Positions 40,245-50,335 of a stretch of DNA of 64,000 nucleotides are shown in pieces. Source of the DNA: an uncultured Chloroflexia bacterium (lineage in GTDB: Bacteria; Chloroflexota; Limnocylindria; Limnocylindrales; CSP1-4); NCBI GenBank assembly GCA_963748625.1, contig CAVVJT010000004.1, positions 544,001 through 608,000 on the forward strand, read 5' to 3'. The notes under the pieces were generated by a model, which worked only from the letters and a program-made list of their open reading frames with translations, did not search any database and was not told the DNA's origin. The position numbers and the translations under genes are program-made. Each line of letters opens with the position of its first letter. Within the stretch, counting starts at the first letter, position 1.

Positions 40245-41249
40245 TCAGCCGAAGCGCGCTCGCAGCCTCGGCAGGATCAGGTCGCCGTAGCGCGCGATCG
40301 CGGCCTCCTGGTCGTTGCCGGGGAAGTGGAAGACCAGGTGGTTGAACCCGTAGCCGATGTACGTGGCGATCTGCTCGAGGTGGGCATCCGGGTCGTCCGA
40401 CACCAGCCAGCGCCGGTGGGCCACAGGCTCGGCCAGCTTCGCCGCCTCCTCCATCTCGACGGCATCGTGGATGCCCATCTTCTGCTCGGCGGTGAGCGCG
40501 AGGGCCGCCCAGACCTTCGTGTCCTCCATCGCCCGGTCAAGGTCGGTGTCGAAGGAGACCTTCATCTCGATCATCTTGTCGAACGCGGCGACGTCGCGGC
40601 CGGCCTTTCCGGCGCCCTCGGCGAGGGCGGGGAGCAGGGTGTCCGTGTAGAGCTCGGCACCCTTGCCCGACGTGCAGATGAAGCCGTCGCCAAGGCGTCC
40701 GGCGAGGCGCGCGGCTGCAGGCCCGGAAGCGGCGATGTACACCGGCAGTGGCGAGTCGGGCTTGTCGTAGATCGTGGCGTCGTGGGTGCGGTAGTAGTCG
40801 CCCTCGAACGAGAGGCGCTCACCGCGCCACAGGGCCTGGATGAGCTGGACGGACTCGCGGAGGCGCGCGAACCGCTCGCTCTGCTCCGGCCAGTCAACCC
40901 CGACCGGCACCTCGTTGAGCGACTCCCCTGTCCCGACGCCCAAGATCACCCGCCCGGGGGCCAGGCACCCGAGCGTCCCGAACGCCTGCGCGACGATCGC
41001 AGGGTTGTAGCGGAAGGACGGGGTGAGCACCGAGGTGCCCAAGACGACCCGCTTGGTGGCCTGGGTCGCGGCGCCCAGCCAGACGAGCGCATTTGGCGCG
41101 TGGCCGTCGGTGTGGCGCCAGGGCTGGAAGTGGTCCGACGTCCAGACGGAGTCGAAGCCGGCCTGCTCCGCGGCGACCGCAAGGTCCAGCAGGCGCTTGG
41201 GCGGGAACTGCTCGGCGGAGGCCTTGTAGCCGAGGGTCAGGGCAGGCAT
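40245..41249 (-). CDS. fgd: F420-dependent glucose-6-phosphate dehydrogenase
   Basis: LGYKASAEQF, SDHFQPWRH, GTSVLTP..RYNP, GTGESLNE, FICTSGKG. Confidence 0.9.
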   Translation of the reverse strand: MPALTLGYKASAEQFPPKRLLDLAVAAEQAGFDSVWTSDHFQPWRHTDGHAPNALVWLGAATQATKRVVLGTSVLTPSFRYNPAIVAQAFGTLGCLAPGRVILGVGTGESLNEVPVGVDWPEQSERFARLRESVQLIQALWRGERLSFEGDYYRTHDATIYDKPDSPLPVYIAASGPAAARLAGRLGDGFICTSGKGAELYTDTLLPALAEGAGKAGRDVAAFDKMIEMKVSFDTDLDRAMEDTKVWAALALTAEQKMGIHDAVEMEEAAKLAEPVAHRRWLVSDDPDAHLEQIATYIGYGFNHLVFHFPGNDQEAAIARYGDLILPRLRARFG

Positions 41250-41332
41250 CGCGGCAACCTCGCGGGTCGGGTCCGTCCGGGTCGGGTCGGACAGGTGATC
41301 CGTCCATGGTGCCGTGGATCGACGGGCCGCGC

Positions 41333-42226
41333 CTAGCGCGCGAGCGCGAGAGCTCCAGCTCCGATCAGCACCAGCACCGATCCCGCGACCCGTATCCCGA
41401 TCTCACGCCGGCTCACCGCCTCACCCAGGCGCACCGCGCCCCACACCGACGTGAGCAGCACCGCCGACTCGCGCAGCGGCGCGACGATCGCGAGGGGCGC
41501 GCGGGCGAGCGCCGCCAGCACGAACCCGTAGGCCGTGAACGTGAGCAGCCCGGCCACCACCGCTCGCCCGACCTGCATCGGGGCCGCAGGATCGGGCGCC
41601 CAGCGGCCACCCCCCGCCCACCGCCGGACCGCCGCCACCAGCGCCAAACCCACCCCCGTGAGCGGCCAGAGGATGCCGGCATACAGCCACGCAGGCACCT
41701 GCTGCACGCCCAGCCGGTCGAGTGCGGAGTAGGTCGCGATCATGGTGCCGGTGAGCAGCGCGAACCCGGCGGCGGCACGGTCGCTCGAGGCAGCGCGGGC
41801 GAGTCTCCACGGCCGCTGGACCGTCAGCAGGCCGGCGACGAGCAACGCGACGCCCAGCCAGGCGCCCGGAGCGAGGCTCTCGCCGAGGATGAGCACGCCG
41901 ATGGCGATGGCAAACAAGGGTGCGCTGCCACGGGCAATCGGGTAGACGATCGAGAGATCGCCCCGCCGGTAGGCCGCGGCGAGGAACACGAAGTAGACCG
42001 TCTCCACCACCGCCGACACCACGGCGATGACCCAGGCAGTGGCCGGGATCGCGGGCTGTCCTGACGCCCACCACCCGGCGGTGACGAACGGCGCGACGAT
42101 GAGCGAGGCCGCGATGACTCCGATCGTGGCTGTCCGAAGTGCATCGCCCGCCGTCTTGAGCAGGATGTTCCACGCCGCGTGCATGACCGCCGCGACGGCG
42201 ATGAACAGGAGCGCGGCAGAATCCAC
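41333..42226 (-). CDS. EamA/DMT family transporter
   Basis: HAAWNILLK, GDLSIVYPIARG, APLRESAV. Confidence 0.88.
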   Translation of the reverse strand: MDSAALLFIAVAAVMHAAWNILLKTAGDALRTATIGVIAASLIVAPFVTAGWWASGQPAIPATAWVIAVVSAVVETVYFVFLAAAYRRGDLSIVYPIARGSAPLFAIAIGVLILGESLAPGAWLGVALLVAGLLTVQRPWRLARAASSDRAAAGFALLTGTMIATYSALDRLGVQQVPAWLYAGILWPLTGVGLALVAAVRRWAGGGRWAPDPAAPMQVGRAVVAGLLTFTAYGFVLAALARAPLAIVAPLRESAVLLTSVWGAVRLGEAVSRREIGIRVAGSVLVLIGAGALALAR

Positions 42227-42295
42227 CGCTCGAGTCTAGCCTCGCGGGCCGACGTCACGGAGGCTCGTCGGCCCGCCAGCTCGGTGCGCGTTACG

Positions 42296-43993
42296 TCAGC
42301 GGGCGATGTCCCGCCGTCGGACGCCCCATGCCCCAACCGCGATCCCGCCGAACGCCAGAACGAGGCAGGCAACAATCCCGACCGGGTCCCAGTCACCGAT
42401 CATCGGCTTGCCCATGTGTGCCGTCAGCGCCAGCTGGCGGAACCAGTCCGGCAGGCCCAGCGGCTGCGAGAGCAGATCGACGAGGTAGGTGATCACCACG
42501 AGGATCGCGGTGATCTCCGCAGCAAGCGACGTGCGCCACAGGCCGCCGATCGCCACGCCGACGCCCACGAAGGCCGCCGCGACGAGGCCCAGCGACGCCG
42601 ACCCGACGATCGCATCGAAGGCTGGCGCGCCGGCGCCTGCGGCACCGAGCCCGATGCCCGAGGCGAACACGACCGTCATCACGAGGACGGCGAGCAGGGC
42701 GCCGGCGCCGCCTGCCAGCACCCACCCCGAGCGGGGAAGGGTCGAAGGCAGGACCAGCTCGAGCCGGCCGGTGGTCTCGTCCGAGGCCCACTTGGACACG
42801 AATGTGGCGGCCGCAAAGCCGACCGCGATCAGGAACAGCTCCATGTAGAGCTGGAGCCAGGCGCCGGCGGTCGTGAAGTCGTAGCCCGGGAAGATCTGGC
42901 CGAAGATGGCGATGAGGCTCGAGTCCCCGCCAACCGACGCGGAGAACGATCCGACGAGGGACGTGAAGAGGGCGCCCCAGATCGCCATCCCGATGCCCCA
43001 GGACAGAGCGCGCGGCAGCTGGTCACCGAAGGCGCGGCTGATGGGCCCCCTCACGCCGAGGACCGCAGCCGGAAGCGTCGGCAGCCCGACGCCGGTGGTC
43101 ACGCCCAGGTCGCGCCGGCTGAACAGCTCCAGGCCGATCACGAGGAAGACGATGCCGAGCAGGCCCGTCGCGAGCACGCCCACCCAGTCGTACATGCCAA
43201 CAAGCGGGATGTGGGCATTCATCCAGCGGAACGGGCTGACTGCGACCAGGGGCCCGCCGATCTCGAGCCCGTTCGCCACCCAGAGCAGGATCATCGCCAG
43301 CGCGCTGATCCCGGCTGCCCCGGCCCGGCCCAGCAGCGGTGCGAGCGCGAACGCGAGACCGCCGAAGCACAGTGAGAGCACCCCGACCCAGAGCGCGAAG
43401 CCCACGGTCCCGAGGAGCGGGATCTGGTCGCCCATGGTGGGATCGCCGAAGACCGACGAGCTGAACGACAGCATCAGCGCCAGGACGGCCAGTGCCCCCC
43501 AGACGACGGTGAGGTGGGCGGCCACCTTCTCGATCGCGATCCGCCGCTTGCCGAACGGCGAGACCGCGACGAAGTCGAGGCTGCCACGACTGGCCTCGCC
43601 GGCGAGCGTCCCGGTCAGGGCCATGATCGACCACAGCGCGGTTCCGAGGGCGAACAGCGCGCCGTACTTGAAGGTGAGCCAGCCGCCGAGCGTGCCGAGC
43701 GACGCGCCCATCAGCGTGGCGTTGCCGAACAGGTTGACCATCGACTCCGGCATCCCGCCCACGAGCGCCTCCAGGTCCTGGCGGACCTCGGGCTCCGGGA
43801 AGACCGTGCTGATGGCGGCGCCCATCACCAGGGCGAGTCCGCCGAACATGCCGGCCGCGATGATGAACGAGAGCCGCGAGTCGCGGATCGTCTTGCCGTA
43901 GATGCTGCCGAAGCCATAGAGCCGCTTGCGAAGCGGGATCGGCGGGAAGGTGGTCGCCGCAGGATGGCGCGGCGCCCCGGTGCTAGCGGTCAT
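42296..43993 (-). CDS. ABC-2 type exporter permease (duplicated TM domain)
   Basis: Two repeats (GEASRGSLD / DETTGRLE; RRDL / RRDI), about 12 TM; ATGA overlap with the ATPase. Confidence 0.85.
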   Translation of the reverse strand: MTASTGAPRHPAATTFPPIPLRKRLYGFGSIYGKTIRDSRLSFIIAAGMFGGLALVMGAAISTVFPEPEVRQDLEALVGGMPESMVNLFGNATLMGASLGTLGGWLTFKYGALFALGTALWSIMALTGTLAGEASRGSLDFVAVSPFGKRRIAIEKVAAHLTVVWGALAVLALMLSFSSSVFGDPTMGDQIPLLGTVGFALWVGVLSLCFGGLAFALAPLLGRAGAAGISALAMILLWVANGLEIGGPLVAVSPFRWMNAHIPLVGMYDWVGVLATGLLGIVFLVIGLELFSRRDLGVTTGVGLPTLPAAVLGVRGPISRAFGDQLPRALSWGIGMAIWGALFTSLVGSFSASVGGDSSLIAIFGQIFPGYDFTTAGAWLQLYMELFLIAVGFAAATFVSKWASDETTGRLELVLPSTLPRSGWVLAGGAGALLAVLVMTVVFASGIGLGAAGAGAPAFDAIVGSASLGLVAAAFVGVGVAIGGLWRTSLAAEITAILVVITYLVDLLSQPLGLPDWFRQLALTAHMGKPMIGDWDPVGIVACLVLAFGGIAVGAWGVRRRDIAR

Positions 43994-44898
43994 TTGGGGC
44001 CTGCCTCCACGGCCTCGTGGCCGTACTGGGCAAGGAAGGTCTCCTCGAGCGACGGCTCACGGGAGACGAAGTCGAGCAGCTCGAACTGGGCAGCAGCGCG
44101 AACGACCGGGGTGATCGCCCCCGTGACGCGCATCCGCAGCACGTGGTCCTCGGCGACCACGTCGCTCACCCCGGGGAGCTCGGCGAACATGGCGGACGGA
44201 ACCGGGCCCGCGAACCGCACCTCGACCTGGTGGTGGGCGAGGTCGCGCAGGCTGTCCACGGTGCCGAGCTTCGCGAGGCGGCCGTCGCGGATGATGGCCA
44301 CCCGTCCGCAGGTCTTCTCCACCTCGGACAGGATGTGCGAGGAGAGGAACGCGGTGGCGCCGCCCGCAACCGCCTCGCGGAGCGTCGTGAAGAACGTCTG
44401 CTGGACCAGCGGGTCCAGGCCGGACGTGGGCTCGTCCAGCACCAGCAGCTCGGGCCGGTGCTGGAGGGCGGCGATCACGCCGATCTTCTGCTTGTTGCCC
44501 TTGCTGTACTCCTTGAAGCGCTTGGACGGGTCGAGCTCGAAGCGCTCGATCAGCGACGCCTGGAAGGCCTTGTCGACGCCGCCCCGCAGGTTGCCGAAGT
44601 ACTCGAGCGTCTGGCGGCCGGTCAGGCGGTCGTAGAGCGCGAACTCGCCCGGGATGTAGCCGACCCGCTTGTGGATGCTGACCGGATCGACCGACGACTC
44701 GATCCCGAACACGAGGGCACGCCCGCTGGTGGGCCGGATCAGGTCGAGCATCGTGCGGATCGTCGTGGTCTTGCCGGCCCCGTTCGGACCGAGGAAGCCG
44801 AAGATCTCGCCCTCGTCCACCTCGAGGTTCACGTCGATGATCCCGCGGCTCTTGCCGTAGGACTTGGTGAGCTGCTCCAGAGCGATGATGGCTGCCAT
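43990..44898 (-). CDS. ABC-2 type exporter ATP-binding protein
   Basis: GPNGAGKTT, YSKGNKQK, LDEPTSGLDP, SSHILSE. Confidence 0.93.
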   Translation of the reverse strand: MAAIIALEQLTKSYGKSRGIIDVNLEVDEGEIFGFLGPNGAGKTTTIRTMLDLIRPTSGRALVFGIESSVDPVSIHKRVGYIPGEFALYDRLTGRQTLEYFGNLRGGVDKAFQASLIERFELDPSKRFKEYSKGNKQKIGVIAALQHRPELLVLDEPTSGLDPLVQQTFFTTLREAVAGGATAFLSSHILSEVEKTCGRVAIIRDGRLAKLGTVDSLRDLAHHQVEVRFAGPVPSAMFAELPGVSDVVAEDHVLRMRVTGAITPVVRAAAQFELLDFVSREPSLEETFLAQYGHEAVEAGPK

Positions 44899-44923
44899 GC
44901 GGCTCCTTCTCAGGCGTTGCTAC

Positions 44924-45607
44924 TCAGCCGAACCAGGTGTGCATGGACGCGTCGTCGATGATCGTGAAAGAGCCTTCCGGCAACCCCAGGATCCGCTCGA
45001 CAGCCTCGTCATAGGCATGCATGAAGCGCTGGACCTCCTCGAACGGGATCCGGCCGTCGAGCCGGGCCTCGAGAAGGTCGAAGATGACGTCGGCCGAGCC
45101 TGTGAACAGCCCGGCGACGAGCGTGGCGGCGTGGTCCGGCGCCGAGGGGTCCATGGACCCCTCGTCCACGCCCTGGCGGATGATCCGGGCCATCAACGGC
45201 CGGAAGGCGCGGAACGACGCCGCCTGTGCCCGGAGGCGGACGAGGTCGTTGGACGGTGCGTACCACGACCGCATGAGGCCGAGGAGCAGGTCGCTGCGCT
45301 GCGCCTTCCAGGCCCCGCCGGCCGCGAAGACGCCCTGAAGCCTGGCGACCGCCCGAAGCTCCGGATCGTCGGCGATCGGGTTGACGACCGCCATCGCGGC
45401 GTCGGTCATCCGCTCGATGACGGCGCCCAGGATGGCCTCCTTCGAATCGAAGTAGTGGTAGATCGCGCCCCGCGACGCGCCGAGCTCGTCCTGGAGGGCC
45501 TGGACGCTCATCGCGTCGTAGCCACCGCTGCGGATCTGGCGTTCGGCGGCGTCCAGGATCTCGTCGCGGCGGACGGTGTGGGCGGCGTGATTGCGGGTGC
45601 GGGCCAT
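44924..45607 (-). CDS. TetR/AcrR family regulator
   Basis: RRDEILDAA...GASRGAIYHYFDSKE. Confidence 0.9.
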   Translation of the reverse strand: MARTRNHAAHTVRRDEILDAAERQIRSGGYDAMSVQALQDELGASRGAIYHYFDSKEAILGAVIERMTDAAMAVVNPIADDPELRAVARLQGVFAAGGAWKAQRSDLLLGLMRSWYAPSNDLVRLRAQAASFRAFRPLMARIIRQGVDEGSMDPSAPDHAATLVAGLFTGSADVIFDLLEARLDGRIPFEEVQRFMHAYDEAVERILGLPEGSFTIIDDASMHTWFG

Positions 45608-45620
45608 TGCGCTGGTATTC

Positions 45621-45670
45621 TCCGACCGACTGTCGGTCGGATTATAGATCGATGCGCAACGACGTGCCAA
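45621..45670 (-). promoter_or_regulatory. Promoter and probable TetR operator
   Basis: TTGGCA-N18-TATAAT on the minus strand, followed by perfect palindrome TCCGACCGAC-T-GTCGGTCGGA (45621-45641). Confidence 0.75.
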
Positions 45671-45811
45671 GGGTCATCGCGAGGCGAGTGGTCGCGTGGC
45701 GACTCCCGTCGGCGGGCCGTGGGTGCAGGAATCCGCGCAAACGTGCCACGTGGTGGGATGAGCCCTCTGGAGCGACGGGAGGAGCCGCCGGAGGCCCGCT
45801 CGATGCCGGGA

Positions 45812-46768
45812 TCAGCCTTCCGGCCAGCCCCCGAGGTCGGCGAGTGTTGGCGGGTTGGCGCCGGCCCGGGCACACACGGCGGCTGATGCCCGAACCGCGA
45901 AGCGTGCGGCCCGGAGCACCGTGGCGGCGTCGCCCAACGTGTCGGGACCGACGCCCGAGTGCACGAGGCATGCGAGGAACGCGCCGCCGAACGTGTCCCC
46001 TGCGCCCACGGTGTCCACGACCTCCACGGCTGGCGCGACCACGGTTTCCTCAACGCTTCCGACCAGCACGCGGATGGGTCGCGCACCGTCCGTGACCAGC
46101 ACGACCGCCGGCCCCTGGGCGCGCACCCATGCCGCCGCATCCTCATGCGAGGACCCCGGCCGCAGGTACTCGAGATCCTCGGTTGACGCCTTCACGATGT
46201 CGGCACGGGCCATGACGCGGGCCATCCGGGCGCGCCATGCGTCGGCGTCGCGGGTGATCGATGGGCGCGCGTTCGGGTCGAGCATGACGATGCGATCAAC
46301 GGGAACGGCACACGCGAACGCCTCGAGCGTGGATGCCATCGGCTCAAGGACGAGGCCCAGCGAGCCGGTGAGGAACGCCCGGGTGGAGGTGGGCAGCCCA
46401 CCGGCGAGCGGGCCGGGCAGCACGGCCGGCGACGAGGTCGAGTCAGTGTAGAAGTGGTACGAGGCACTGCCGTCGGCGCCCAGCTCGGCGAGCGCGAGCG
46501 TGGTGGGGAGGTCCGTGCGCTGGACGCGGTCCACCTGGACGCCATCGCCGACGAGCCCCGCCTCCAGCATCCGGCCGAACCTGTCGGACGACAGCCCGCC
46601 GACCCAGGCGGCCGGAACCCCAAGTCGCGCGATCGCCCGCACGGAGTTGAACGGGCTGCCGCCGGCGACCGGGATGATCTCGCCTGTGGCGCGCACGATG
46701 AGGTCGATGAGGGCCTCGCCGGCGACGACGATGGCGGGGTCGGGGGTGGAATCGGCTGGCGTTGTCAC
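45812..46768 (-). CDS. PfkB family carbohydrate kinase (fructokinase-like)
   Basis: GEALIDL, GGSPFN, LDPNARP, VDTVGAGDTF. Confidence 0.9.
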   Translation of the reverse strand: MTTPADSTPDPAIVVAGEALIDLIVRATGEIIPVAGGSPFNSVRAIARLGVPAAWVGGLSSDRFGRMLEAGLVGDGVQVDRVQRTDLPTTLALAELGADGSASYHFYTDSTSSPAVLPGPLAGGLPTSTRAFLTGSLGLVLEPMASTLEAFACAVPVDRIVMLDPNARPSITRDADAWRARMARVMARADIVKASTEDLEYLRPGSSHEDAAAWVRAQGPAVVLVTDGARPIRVLVGSVEETVVAPAVEVVDTVGAGDTFGGAFLACLVHSGVGPDTLGDAATVLRAARFAVRASAAVCARAGANPPTLADLGGWPEG

Positions 46769-46808
46769 GCCCGGATTATCGCCCCCCGCGACGTGCGAGG
46801 ATGGCCGC

Positions 46809-47288
46809 ATGCACGACGATCAGGCCATTCCCACCGTTCCCAAGCACCTCCTCGGGCCCGATGGTGCCATCCAGCGCGTCCGCCTCGGCGCCTACGCGTG
46901 GTGCGAGCGGGACGATGCCGTCCTGCTGACCCGCGTCTCGAACGAGGGACCCGGTGGCGGCCTCTGGACCCTGCCGGGTGGCGGCCTGGACTTCGGCGAG
47001 GACCCCACCGACGGCGCGGAGCGGGAAGTTCGCGAGGAGACCGGCTATGCCGTGGAGCTGGGCGATCTGCTCGGCATCCGGAGTGCCGTCCTGGAACCCA
47101 CGCAGACGATCAGCGGCCATCGTGTCCAGACGGTCGGCATCATCTTCCGGGGCACGATCACGGGGGGCGAGCTGACCACGGAGTTCGAGGGCTCCACGGA
47201 CGCGGCCGCCTGGGTGCCCCTCGGGGAGCTGGACGCGCTGCCGTCGGTCGAGCTGCTGGCCTGGGCGAGGTCGCTGGTCGGGCGCTGA
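46809..47288 (+). CDS. NUDIX hydrolase
   Basis: WTLPGGGLDFGEDPTDGAEREVREETG Nudix box. Confidence 0.88.
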   Translation: MHDDQAIPTVPKHLLGPDGAIQRVRLGAYAWCERDDAVLLTRVSNEGPGGGLWTLPGGGLDFGEDPTDGAEREVREETGYAVELGDLLGIRSAVLEPTQTISGHRVQTVGIIFRGTITGGELTTEFEGSTDAAAWVPLGELDALPSVELLAWARSLVGR

Positions 47289-47370
47289 GCGGCCGCCGGT
47301 CGTGCGCTGAGCGGCAGGGAGTCGGCAAGCCGATACGCGGCGGGCGCCCCACGTTCGGTACCCTCGCGCC

Positions 47371-49260
47371 ATGACCGACCACCCTGCCTGGGAGCGCCGC
47401 TTCCGCACGCCGATCCTGTCCTTCCCCTCGTGGGCCGCCGACGACCCCGAACGCATGGTCGTCGGGTCCACCGAGTCCGGCTCCTACCAGCTGTATGCAT
47501 GGAACCGGGCGACCGGGGAGCGCCGGCAGGTGACCTTCGAGCCTGTCGGCGTGCTTGCGGGCTCCCCGACCCGGGACGGAACGGGCGTTGTGTGGTTCCA
47601 CGACGCGACCGGGTCCGAGGCGGGCATGTTCGTGGTGGCCCCCTTCGGCGAGGCGACGGCGCCTGAGCCCCTGTTCGACGGCGTGCCGACTGGTTGGTCG
47701 GAGGGGCTGGCCCTGGGTCGGCGGTCGAGCGTGGTCGCCATCTCCACCGCCGACGAGTACGCGGTCTTCGTCTCCGATGGCGGCGCGCCGGTTCGCAGGC
47801 TGCACGCTCACGAGCAGCCGTTGAGGCTGATCGGCGGCTCAGGCATGAGCGGGTCGATGGAGCGTGGCGCGCTCTCGGCCGACGAGTCGATCGTGGTCCT
47901 CGAGGTCATGGAGGACGGTGACGTCATCCATCCGTCGCTGCGGGCGCTCGACGTGGTCACTGGTGACACCCTTGCCACGCTCCGCGACGCCGGCAGCGAG
48001 GTCGCGGGCTTCGGGTTCTCGCCGGTCGCCGGCGACAGCCGGGTCGCGATCACGCGGGAGCTGGGCGGCGAGCGCCGGCCGTGGCTATGGGATGCGCGGT
48101 CCGGGGACCTGACGCCGGTCGAGGCGGGCCTCGCGGGCGATGTCGAGCCCATGGACTGGTGGCCTGATGCGTCGGCGTTGCTGCTCCAGGTCCTCGAGGC
48201 GGGGCGCCACCGTCTGTACCGGTTCGATCTTGCGACGGGCGCCTGCTTGCTGCTGGACTCTGAGCCCGGGTCCATCACCGCCGCCGCCGTCCGCCCCGAC
48301 GGCGAGGTCTGGTACCGGGGCCACTGCGGCGAGCATCCTGCCCACCTCCTCCGCGTTGGCAGCGCCGAGCCCATCCTGGCGACCGACACACCCGATGGCG
48401 ACGCCGGCGGCCGGTCGATGGAGGAGTGGTGGTTCGCCAACCCGAACGGCGAACGGGTCCACGGCTTCACGATCTCGCCTGACGGCGAGGCGCCGTTCCC
48501 GGTGATGCTCCGTGTTCACGGCGGCCCGCACTCGGTGGACATGGACCGCTGGGCGCCGGATGTCCAGGCCCACGTCGACGCCGGGTTCCTGGTCGCGATG
48601 GTCAACTACCGCGGCTCGGAGGGCTTCGGCCAGGCGTGGCGCGATGCGCTCACCGGCAACTGCGGCGTCTATGAGCTCGAGGATGTGCTCGCCGGCCTCG
48701 ACGACCTGGTGGCCCGAGGTCTTGCGGACCCGGAGCGGGTCGTGCTCGCTGGCTGGTCGTGGGGTGGCTACGTCACCCTGATGGGCGCCGGCCGCTTGCC
48801 AGAGCGGTTCACGTCGCTGGTCGCGGGCGTGCCCGTGGCCGACTACGTGGCCGCCTTCGAGGACGAGGCGCCGGTCCTCCAGGCGATCGACCGGGCGCTG
48901 TTCGGCGGTTCGCCCGATGAGGTGCCGGACGTGTACCGCGAGCGCAACCCGCTCACCTATGCCGATGCGGTCACGGCGCCGCTCCTGATCATGGCCGGCA
49001 CCAACGACTCACGCTGCCCCATCCGCCAGGTCTGGAACTACGTGGGCCGGCTCCGGTCGCGTGGCTTCGAGCCGCAGGTGTACACGTACGACACCGGGCA
49101 CTCCTCGTTCGACATCGAGGAGCGGGTGCGCCAGACCGCGATCGTGCTCGACTTCCTTGCGGCGACAGTGCCCGGTGTCCAGCGGCTCGACGGGCTCGAT
49201 GCACACCTGGCGGCGGCGGATGTCGAACCCTACGCCAACTCGAGGTCAGCGCTGAACTGA
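47371..49260 (+). CDS. S9 prolyl oligopeptidase-family serine peptidase
   Basis: VHGGP, NYRGS.GFG, GWSWGG, NDSRC, GHS triad. Confidence 0.9.
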   Translation: MTDHPAWERRFRTPILSFPSWAADDPERMVVGSTESGSYQLYAWNRATGERRQVTFEPVGVLAGSPTRDGTGVVWFHDATGSEAGMFVVAPFGEATAPEPLFDGVPTGWSEGLALGRRSSVVAISTADEYAVFVSDGGAPVRRLHAHEQPLRLIGGSGMSGSMERGALSADESIVVLEVMEDGDVIHPSLRALDVVTGDTLATLRDAGSEVAGFGFSPVAGDSRVAITRELGGERRPWLWDARSGDLTPVEAGLAGDVEPMDWWPDASALLLQVLEAGRHRLYRFDLATGACLLLDSEPGSITAAAVRPDGEVWYRGHCGEHPAHLLRVGSAEPILATDTPDGDAGGRSMEEWWFANPNGERVHGFTISPDGEAPFPVMLRVHGGPHSVDMDRWAPDVQAHVDAGFLVAMVNYRGSEGFGQAWRDALTGNCGVYELEDVLAGLDDLVARGLADPERVVLAGWSWGGYVTLMGAGRLPERFTSLVAGVPVADYVAAFEDEAPVLQAIDRALFGGSPDEVPDVYRERNPLTYADAVTAPLLIMAGTNDSRCPIRQVWNYVGRLRSRGFEPQVYTYDTGHSSFDIEERVRQTAIVLDFLAATVPGVQRLDGLDAHLAAADVEPYANSRSALN

Positions 49261-50335
49261 TACCGGGTCTCATTGCCGCGGCAGGGGGGGCCCAGGCCGT
49301 AGCGGATCTCGCCTGCGGTCACGTCCGCCAGGCACCAGAACACCGTGACCGAGGTCTCGGTGCCGTCGTCGTGGCGGCAGATCGACGGTGAGGTCTCGTG
49401 GTCCGAGAGGAACGCGAGCATGCGCTCGGGGTGATCGAGCCAGCCGCCGGGCCTGCTCCGTCAACCCCGTCGAGCAGCTGCAGCGCCCGGCCCAGGCGCA
49501 CCGAGGACCGGACCGCGTAGGCCGGGTCGCCCTCGTAGCGGCGCATCCGCTCGCAGGCGTAGTGGTTCGTATGGGCGAGGGTGCCCGCAGGCGACGGCGT
49601 CGTCACCTCGGCATCGGCTGCCGATCCCTCCACGTTGACCACGCCCCCGTCGCGATGTGCGAACACCGTGTTGTACGAGGACGCCCGGTCAGGGCGGAGC
49701 GCCATCGCGACCGCCTCGTCGAGTGTGCGAGCGGTGAGCTGCTCGCGCACCATGAGCAGCCGCGGCACACCGATCCGCTCGTCGTTGGGCGAGAGCTCGT
49801 TGCCCGTGAGCGAGAGCTCGGCCGAGTTCCAGCCGACGCTGATCCACGGCCCGATCCCCAGCGACAGCACCACGGGCTCACCCGGTACGTGCCACTCGAT
49901 GGCCATCACGGACGCCTCGGACGCGGGCGACAGGTCGTTCGTGTGGCCGACCCAGATGTGACCGTCGGCGGTGGCGGGCGGCGCGGCGACCATGTCCGAG
50001 CAGCGCCCGTCCACGACCTCCCCGTCCGTGGCCTGCGATGGACGGACCGTCCAGATCTCCTCGATGGAGGCCGCGAAGAGCGCGAGCGGATCGACGCCAG
50101 CCCCCTCGGCTGCCCCGTCGATCTCGTCCACCAGCCACGGTGTCGCAGCCAGCGTCGCGTCCCGGTAGCGGGCAGCAAGCGCGAGCTGGCCTGCGCGCGA
50201 CCTTCCGGCCGGCAGGTCGGCATCGAACTCCACCGCTCGGCGGAGCACAGCCGGTGCGGCCTCGCCGATCTGCCGCCCGCAGTCCCGGTGCGAGCCCTCG
50301 ACGCGCAGGAACGGCATGCCGCCTGCGGTGTTCAC
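49230..50335 (-). CDS. C45 family autoproteolytic acyltransferase/peptidase (Ntn hydrolase); 1-base frameshift near 49428-49431
   Basis: GSHRDCGRQIG, EIDGAAEGAG, GRCS nucleophile, GWNSAEL, AHTNHY; tail LSDH..SICRH in another frame. Confidence 0.8.
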